Shown here in pieces: positions 58,312 through 64,000 of a DNA stretch of 64,000 nucleotides. This DNA is from Escherichia coli (GTDB lineage: Bacteria > Pseudomonadota > Gammaproteobacteria > Enterobacterales > Enterobacteriaceae): the NCBI RefSeq assembly GCF_030013595.1, contig NZ_CP122768.1, one strand, 5' to 3'. The first letter of the stretch is position 1. Every line of letters begins with the position of its first letter. A model generated the notes under the pieces. That model had not been told where the DNA came from, ran no database searches, and saw only the letters and a list, made by a program, of their open reading frames with translations. A program made the translations under genes and the position numbers.

Positions 58312-58983
58312 ATGATGAAGTTACTTCACTTATTTATGGATGAAATCACTATGGATCCTTTGCACGCCGTTTACCTGACCGTAGGACTGTTCGTGATTAC
58401 TTTTTTTAATCCGGGAGCCAATCTCTTTGTGGTAGTACAAACCAGCCTGGCTTCCGGTCGACGCGCAGGGGTGCTGACCGGACTGGGCGTGGCGCTGGGC
58501 GATGCATTTTATTCCGGGTTGGGTTTGTTTGGTCTTGCAACGCTAATTACGCAGTGTGAGGAGATTTTTTCGCTTATCAGAATCGTCGGCGGCGCTTATC
58601 TCTTATGGTTTGCGTGGTGCAGCATGCGCCGCCAGTCAACACCGCAAATGAGCACACTACAACAACCGATTAACGCCCCCTGGTATGTCTTTTTTCGCCG
58701 CGGATTAATTACCGATCTCTCTAACCCGCAAACCGTTTTATTTTTTATCAGTATTTTCTCAGTAACATTAAATGCCGAAACACCAACATGGGCACGTTTA
58801 ATGGCCTGGGCGGGGATTGTGCTCGCATCAATTATCTGGCGAGTCTTTCTTAGTCAGGCGTTTTCTTTGCCCGCAATGCGTCGTGCTTATGGGCGTATGC
58901 AACGCGTTGCCAGTCGGGTTATTGGTGCAATTATTGGTGTATTCGCGCTACGCCTGATTTACGAAGGGGTGACGCAGCGGTGA
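58312..58983 (+). CDS. yahN: LysE/RhtB-family amino-acid exporter
   Basis: 223-aa six-TM ORF. Confidence 0.85.
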   Translation: MMKLLHLFMDEITMDPLHAVYLTVGLFVITFFNPGANLFVVVQTSLASGRRAGVLTGLGVALGDAFYSGLGLFGLATLITQCEEIFSLIRIVGGAYLLWFAWCSMRRQSTPQMSTLQQPINAPWYVFFRRGLITDLSNPQTVLFFISIFSVTLNAETPTWARLMAWAGIVLASIIWRVFLSQAFSLPAMRRAYGRMQRVASRVIGAIIGVFALRLIYEGVTQR

Positions 58984-58999
58984 GCAGATAATTTACTCT

Positions 59000-59245
59000 C
59001 TACGTAATCAACCTGATTTGCCGAATCCCGACCATCGGCGATGATAGCCCCCGTAATGCGTGGTCCTTATTTCCGATAAGTTTACTTGAGTCTTTAGCTT
59101 CCCATTTCAGCCCACTCTCCCCTGTGTGGGCTTTTTTCATTGCTCTGACCCGTCCTGAATAGCCAAACAATGGCAATGTTTCACTTTGCAGGGATGATAA
59201 TAAGGGGATCTGATTCAGAAGAGTTATGAAAAGTTGGACCGCCAT
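59000..59245 (-). CDS. yahM: hypothetical small protein YahM (doubtful)
   Basis: 81-aa ORF from MAVQLF...; no family support, and a plus-strand terminator lies inside it. Confidence 0.35.
   Translation of the reverse strand: MAVQLFITLLNQIPLLSSLQSETLPLFGYSGRVRAMKKAHTGESGLKWEAKDSSKLIGNKDHALRGLSSPMVGIRQIRLIT
59109..59137 (+). terminator. intrinsic terminator downstream of yahN (AGCCCAC-loop-GTGGGCT followed by T6)
   Basis: 7-bp GC-rich stem and six consecutive T read from sequence about 125 bp after the yahN stop. Confidence 0.6.
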
Positions 59246-59657
59246 CGAGGCCTCGAACCCCGTACCATACAACAATCCTGGTTGTCGTCTGCTCTTCCTG
59301 ATGAGCTAATGGCGGTTTTTGATATGAGCCTTACAGCATATTTTCTGTCAGGCTTGAGTGCGATGCGTAAGATACAGAAAAGACCCCACACAAACATGAT
59401 GGAATTATGATTTTTTTCATATGAATGTCAACCCACACATTCACAAAACATCTGCATGAGATCATTTTTTATACACCGTATAACTGCGAAACCACTGCTG
59501 ATGCTTTTTTAAGCGAAGCGTCGCCGATCACAACAAAATATCGGCGAAAAAGGCGGTGGAATGCCATTTGGCATACGGATATACAGATGAAATGATTACC
59601 TGCTTTGCGATTCACTCTCTGCTGGAATAACAACTCGCAGGTGGAACCCTTTCTGAA

Positions 59658-60473
59658 CTAAAGAGTGTAGCGGATTTTAACGTGCTTATTTACAGGATAA
59701 TATCTGTCACCTAATTCCTGCACTCTATTAGATATCCATTGATTTAATCGCGCATCATCTCTGTATGTTTTTACGTCCAGAACAGAGAGCAATAACATCA
59801 CCAGTGATTCAGGAAAAACAGGGTAGATATTTTTTAAGTGTAATAATAATCCATGCGCAAGCGCCTGCTTAATGGGCGCGTCGGTCTCCGGGATAGACGA
59901 CATTTCGCGAAGCCATTTTTCCACATGCATACACTCTTTCCCTTTAGGGAAAAGTCTCAGCAAAGGCATATGGTGTTCAAGAAGAATACATTTGCAATCT
60001 GTTCGCACTGAATCGATAAACTGCACTAATTTCTTAAGCCCGGTAAAGCGTCCAGCCTGCACGTTTGCTTTAATATCAAGAAACGCATCGTCCTGGTCAT
60101 ATACCCAAACTGTCCCTTTTTGATTTTCAAGTATGCGAAAAACAAACTTAACCGGGTGATCAGGGTAATCCATCCAGTCATAAAATCCAGGGAAATCATT
60201 AAACTGCACATTTATGGTGAGTGCGTTATCGTCTGACCACTCACAGTCTCGTACGGCAGCCATGAGATGAATGAGTTTGTCGTCATCGACTAAATCATCA
60301 CGACAATCATAAGGATAATCATAATATTGTTTAATCAAAACCTTGAATATATCGACACAGGAGACCAGGGAGCTTTTGATATCCTCTGGTAACTGATTGT
60401 TTTTTACTGTATTAAGTATGCTTTGTTGCGTATATGGCATCAAATTATTGTGCGGAGCTTTTAATGATATCAT
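59658..60473 (-). CDS. yahL: uncharacterised protein YahL
   Basis: 271-aa ORF MISLKAPHNNLMPYTQQSILNTVK...; synteny between yahM and yahK. Confidence 0.8.
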   Translation of the reverse strand: MISLKAPHNNLMPYTQQSILNTVKNNQLPEDIKSSLVSCVDIFKVLIKQYYDYPYDCRDDLVDDDKLIHLMAAVRDCEWSDDNALTINVQFNDFPGFYDWMDYPDHPVKFVFRILENQKGTVWVYDQDDAFLDIKANVQAGRFTGLKKLVQFIDSVRTDCKCILLEHHMPLLRLFPKGKECMHVEKWLREMSSIPETDAPIKQALAHGLLLHLKNIYPVFPESLVMLLLSVLDVKTYRDDARLNQWISNRVQELGDRYYPVNKHVKIRYTL

Positions 60474-60640
60474 CGCGATCTCTCTTAAATAAAAATAAAC
60501 GTCGCAGATAATAAAGCCCTGATTAAACCAGGCACTATCAGAAATCGCTCATAACTAACGTGTGAAGTATTGTGTACTGGAGGGAGTTAATTTAACAATT
60601 TGAATTTACGTTATAGGTTTTACTGCTACTTTGATATTAT

Positions 60641-60678
60641 TTCGCTCTCCTTAACTAAAAAGTTAAGTGGAGAGCGAA
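60641..60678. other. long near-perfect hairpin TTCGCTCTCCTTAACT-aaaa-AGTTAAGTGGAGAGCGAA between yahL and yahK
   Basis: 16-bp stem with one bulge, read from sequence about 40 bp downstream of the yahK stop. Confidence 0.45.
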
Positions 60679-60715
60679 GTTAATATGTTAAACCACAGGG
60701 TATTTATTAATTTTT

Positions 60716-61765
60716 TCAGTCTGTTAGTGTGCGATTATCGATAACAAAACGATATTTCACATCTCCTCGCAGCATTCGCTCATAGGCTTCATTAATTTGA
60801 TCGGCCCGAATCATCTCTATATCAGCCACGATGCCATGTTCGGCGCAAAAATCGAGCATCTCCTGAGTTTCTGGAATGCCGCCAATCATAGAACCGGCTA
60901 TCGCACGGCGTTTCATGATCAGGTTGAAAACTTCCGGCGATTTATGCGGTGTCGCAGGCGCACCAACCAGCGTCATGGTGCCATCACGCTTCAGCAAGGT
61001 GGTAAAATCGTCGAGATTATGTGGCGCAGCTACTGTATTCAAAATGAAATCGAAACTCTTGAGATGAGCCGCCATCTCATCGGCATTGCGTGAGTTAACA
61101 ACTTCATCGGCCCCCAGGGCTTTTGCCGCTTCGCGTTTTGACTCAGAAGTGGTAAATGCCACCACATGCGCCCCCATCGCGTGGGCCAGCTTAATCCCCA
61201 TATGTCCCAGACCGCCGATGCCGACCACGCCCACTTTTTTACCCGGCCCGGCCTGCCAGTGACGTAGCGGCGAATACGTGGTGATCCCTGCACACAACAA
61301 AGGAGCCACCGCCGCCAGCTGCTCTTGCGGGTGACGAATACGCAGAACATATCGCTCATGAACGACGATCTGTTGTGAGTAGCCGCCCAGAGTATGGCCC
61401 GGTTCGTCCGGCGTCGGCGAGTTATAGGTGCCGGTCATGTGATCACAGTAGTTTTCCAGCCCGTCTTCACACTCTTCGCAATGTTTACAACTGTCGACAA
61501 TGCAGCCGACACCGACCAGATCGCCCGGCGCATGTTTTTCTACCTGATCACCAACGGCTACCACACGCCCCACAATTTCATGACCCGGCACGCAGGGGTA
61601 AACCGTCCCCGCCCACTCGGAACGGACCTGGTGGAGATCGGAATGGCAGACGCCACAGTAAGCGATTTCAATTTTGACATCATGCGGTCCCGGTTCACGC
61701 CGGGTGATATCCATCGGTTCCAGCGGTTGTTTAGCGGAATATGCACCAACAGCTTTGATCTTCAT
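60716..61765 (-). CDS. yahK: NADPH-dependent zinc alcohol/aldehyde dehydrogenase
   Basis: 349-aa ORF with GVCHSDLH and GHEIVG zinc-ADH motifs and GxGxxG. Confidence 0.9.
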   Translation of the reverse strand: MKIKAVGAYSAKQPLEPMDITRREPGPHDVKIEIAYCGVCHSDLHQVRSEWAGTVYPCVPGHEIVGRVVAVGDQVEKHAPGDLVGVGCIVDSCKHCEECEDGLENYCDHMTGTYNSPTPDEPGHTLGGYSQQIVVHERYVLRIRHPQEQLAAVAPLLCAGITTYSPLRHWQAGPGKKVGVVGIGGLGHMGIKLAHAMGAHVVAFTTSESKREAAKALGADEVVNSRNADEMAAHLKSFDFILNTVAAPHNLDDFTTLLKRDGTMTLVGAPATPHKSPEVFNLIMKRRAIAGSMIGGIPETQEMLDFCAEHGIVADIEMIRADQINEAYERMLRGDVKYRFVIDNRTLTD

Positions 61766-61851
61766 TGTGTTTACTCCTGATTAGCTATGTGTATTTGGCG
61801 ATGCCTGATATGTCATCGCGGCAAAACGCGTCCATTGAATATAGCCAATAT

Positions 61852-62808
61852 TTAAACCACCCGATCCAGCCCCAACATGCCGCGAGCCTGAATGAAACAG
61901 AGCAGCAACGTTCCCCATAAAGCCATCGTCAGGTAGGGGCTTATACCGAGAATATTGAAGCCGCTTTCAATAATTTGCAGAAGAAACAGCGCCAGCACCA
62001 TACCAATTATCCGCCCGCTGCCGCCGTCCGGATTAACCCCGCCGAGTACTGCCGCGAGGATTGACACCAGCAAGTACGATTCGCCATAAGAGGCCTTAGC
62101 CGAGTTGAGTTTCGACATCATCAAAAATGCCGCTACCGCACAAAGCAAGGCGGAAATAACATACACCCATATCAGCACCCGACGAGTGTTAATACCGGAG
62201 TAAAGTGTTGCTCGTTCGTTAGAACCAATCAGATAAATGGCTTTACCGAGCGGCGTTTTCTCCAGCAATATCCACAGCCCCAGCGCCACTGCGGTAAACA
62301 ACCACATCGGTAGCGGAATACCGAACCACTGTGCATGATTCAACCACAGCACCCATGAGGGATAATTGGCAATGGCGCTACCGCCTGTCACCAGAATATT
62401 TACCCCTTTGAGCAACGTCATCATCCCAAGCGTTGCAAGAATTGGCGACACTCGAATACCAGCAATCAATACGCCGTTACATAAACCGATTATCACCGCC
62501 GCGCCAGCGCCCGCCAGTAACGTAGCGACAACCGTAGCAATACCCGGTGGATACTGAGTCGCCACCCACGCCATCACCAGTGAACAGGCGTTAGCAGTGG
62601 CAATAATTGACAAGTTAATGCCACCGCAAAGCATGGTCACCGCCATAGCCAACGCCAGAATGCCCAGCACGGGCATTTGCGAAGCGACGGACTGGAAATT
62701 ACTTATCGACCAGAAAATCTCCGGCATAGTAATGCTGAACGCGGCAACAGTTAGCACCAGCAGGCCGATCAAGTAAAACTCAACGTTATTACGCCACGAT
62801 TTTTTCAT
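61852..62808 (-). CDS. sugar ABC transporter permease (ribose/xylose-type)
   Basis: Multi-TM ORF, start placed at MKKSWRNN; 4-nt overlap with the upstream permease gene. Confidence 0.75.
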   Translation of the reverse strand: MKKSWRNNVEFYLIGLLVLTVAAFSITMPEIFWSISNFQSVASQMPVLGILALAMAVTMLCGGINLSIIATANACSLVMAWVATQYPPGIATVVATLLAGAGAAVIIGLCNGVLIAGIRVSPILATLGMMTLLKGVNILVTGGSAIANYPSWVLWLNHAQWFGIPLPMWLFTAVALGLWILLEKTPLGKAIYLIGSNERATLYSGINTRRVLIWVYVISALLCAVAAFLMMSKLNSAKASYGESYLLVSILAAVLGGVNPDGGSGRIIGMVLALFLLQIIESGFNILGISPYLTMALWGTLLLCFIQARGMLGLDRVV

Positions 62809-63776
62809 AGCAGACTCCGGTTCTGATGCTGACTCCACGCCGTGGCGCTAATGCTGGCAACGATGATGATGCCTGTGATCAATGTTTGCCAGTAAGACGA
62901 GACTCCCAATAAATTTAGCCCGTTTTGCATCACTGCCAACAACACCACGCCGAGCAAAGTACCGGTTAACGTGCCGCGCCCGCCGAGCAAACTAGTGCCG
63001 CCAAGCACCACCGCAGCCAGTACTGTCAGCTCATAACCCAGAAGAGAATCGGGGGCGACAGTCATCACCGTCCACGACTGCACTACACCCGCAGCACCAG
63101 ACATCAATCCCATATAGCCATAGACGAAAAGTTGCAGTTTCAGCACACTAAAGCCGATGCGACTGGCTGATTCACGATTCCCGCCAAGGGCATAAATTTT
63201 GCGCCCTACACTGGTGAAATTCATGATAAACGCTGTCAGCAGCACCACCGTAATCATGGCGATCAGCGGCAGACCAAGGCCATAGTCATAGCCGTCAGCA
63301 TCGGTGTACTTGAACAACATAACCCCCTGCTCAAACCACGGCGGAAAGTCGTACAGCCACACACCTTTACTCAACCATAACAGCAGGCCATAGAAAATAT
63401 TCAGCGTCGAGATAGTGATGATGATAGACGGCACCCGTAGGCGATTAACCAGTAAGGCGTTAATTAAGCCAAGTAAAATGCCGATGCCGCCCGCCAGTGC
63501 AAACGCGACAGCAAAGTTGCCACCAATTTTTTGCAGCAACAGCACCATGCCGTATTGCGCAATGATGGTCATTGCCGGAAACGAAATATCAATCCCACCG
63601 GAAATTAACACCACAAACAAACCACAGGCGAGAATAGTCAACATGGCATAGTTATTGGCGAGATCGTACAAATTACCGAATGTCAGAAACTCGTCGCTGC
63701 GCCAGGCAAGGCCAACAAACAGCACCACAATCAGTAATGCCAGCCAGAATTCATGGCGTTTTTTCAGTTCAGCCAT
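62805..63776 (-). CDS. sugar ABC transporter permease (ribose/xylose-type)
   Basis: 323-aa multi-TM ORF MAELKKRHEFWLALLIVVLF... Confidence 0.75.
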   Translation of the reverse strand: MAELKKRHEFWLALLIVVLFVGLAWRSDEFLTFGNLYDLANNYAMLTILACGLFVVLISGGIDISFPAMTIIAQYGMVLLLQKIGGNFAVAFALAGGIGILLGLINALLVNRLRVPSIIITISTLNIFYGLLLWLSKGVWLYDFPPWFEQGVMLFKYTDADGYDYGLGLPLIAMITVVLLTAFIMNFTSVGRKIYALGGNRESASRIGFSVLKLQLFVYGYMGLMSGAAGVVQSWTVMTVAPDSLLGYELTVLAAVVLGGTSLLGGRGTLTGTLLGVVLLAVMQNGLNLLGVSSYWQTLITGIIIVASISATAWSQHQNRSLL

Positions 63777-64000
63777 TTACCACCTCCGCAATCCTGGCCT
63801 GAGAACTGCTGTCAGGCAGGAAGCTATGGGTGATCTGACCTTTCTGCATTACCAAAATCCGGTGGCTTTGATACCACGCTTCTTCAATTTCATCGCAGAT
63901 CATCAATACCGCAATGCCATGAGCCGCCAGATCGCTGATAATGCCGTATATTCCTGCTTTGTTGGCGATATCAACACCGACAGTCGGGCTATCGAGAATC
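63769..64000 (-). CDS. sugar ABC transporter ATP-binding protein, C-terminal fragment (gene continues beyond the window)
   Basis: Minus-strand translation ...GIAVLMICDEIEEAWYQSHRILVMQKGQITHSF... resembles the second domain of RbsA-like ATPases; stop overlaps the permease start. Confidence 0.6.
   Translation of the reverse strand, partial: ILDSPTVGVDIANKAGIYGIISDLAAHGIAVLMICDEIEEAWYQSHRILVMQKGQITHSFLPDSSSQARIAEVVNG

Noticed and set aside
59213..59300. tRNA-like T-arm (GGTTCGAGGCC) and hammerhead-like CUGAUGA motif
   Set aside because: Neither folds into a complete cloverleaf or hammerhead core (no matching acceptor stem, no GAAA or helix II partner); short-motif coincidence.

Overview
This window is a core chromosomal segment of Escherichia coli (or a very close relative), colinear with the K-12 lac-region neighbourhood in reverse orientation. 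Gene order is ppnP-aroM-yaiA-aroL-yaiI / proC / dgcC(adrA)-psiF-phoA-iraP / ddlA / yaiZ / yaiY / yaiW-sbmA / ampH / yaiV-yaiT / hemB / tauDCBA / yaiS-yaiP-yaiX-yaiO / frmRAB / yaiL-mhpT-mhpEFDCBA / mhpR-lacI-lacZYA / cynXST / cynR / codAB / prpEDCB / prpR / yahO / yahN / yahM-yahL-yahK, followed by a sugar-type ABC transporter (two permeases and a partial ATPase). Identifications rest on the translated ORF track matched to well-known protein families; nothing was searched or computed. I found no CRISPR array, tRNA, rRNA, prophage, integrase or insertion sequence. From memory, K-12 carries IS3 in yaiT and IS2 in yaiX, and both genes are intact here. I do not see a convincing undescribed system. 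The best candidates for follow-up are the intact but uncharacterised yaiS-yaiP-yaiX-yaiO cluster, the yaiT autotransporter with its adjacent CRP-family regulator yaiV (split here by an in-frame TAG), a C-terminal frameshift in prpE, and a lacI stop-codon change that also alters operator O3. Coordinates of hand-read motifs may be off by a base or two: in one place (near 63,720) my manual indexing disagreed with the ORF track by 1 nt, and I deferred to the track.
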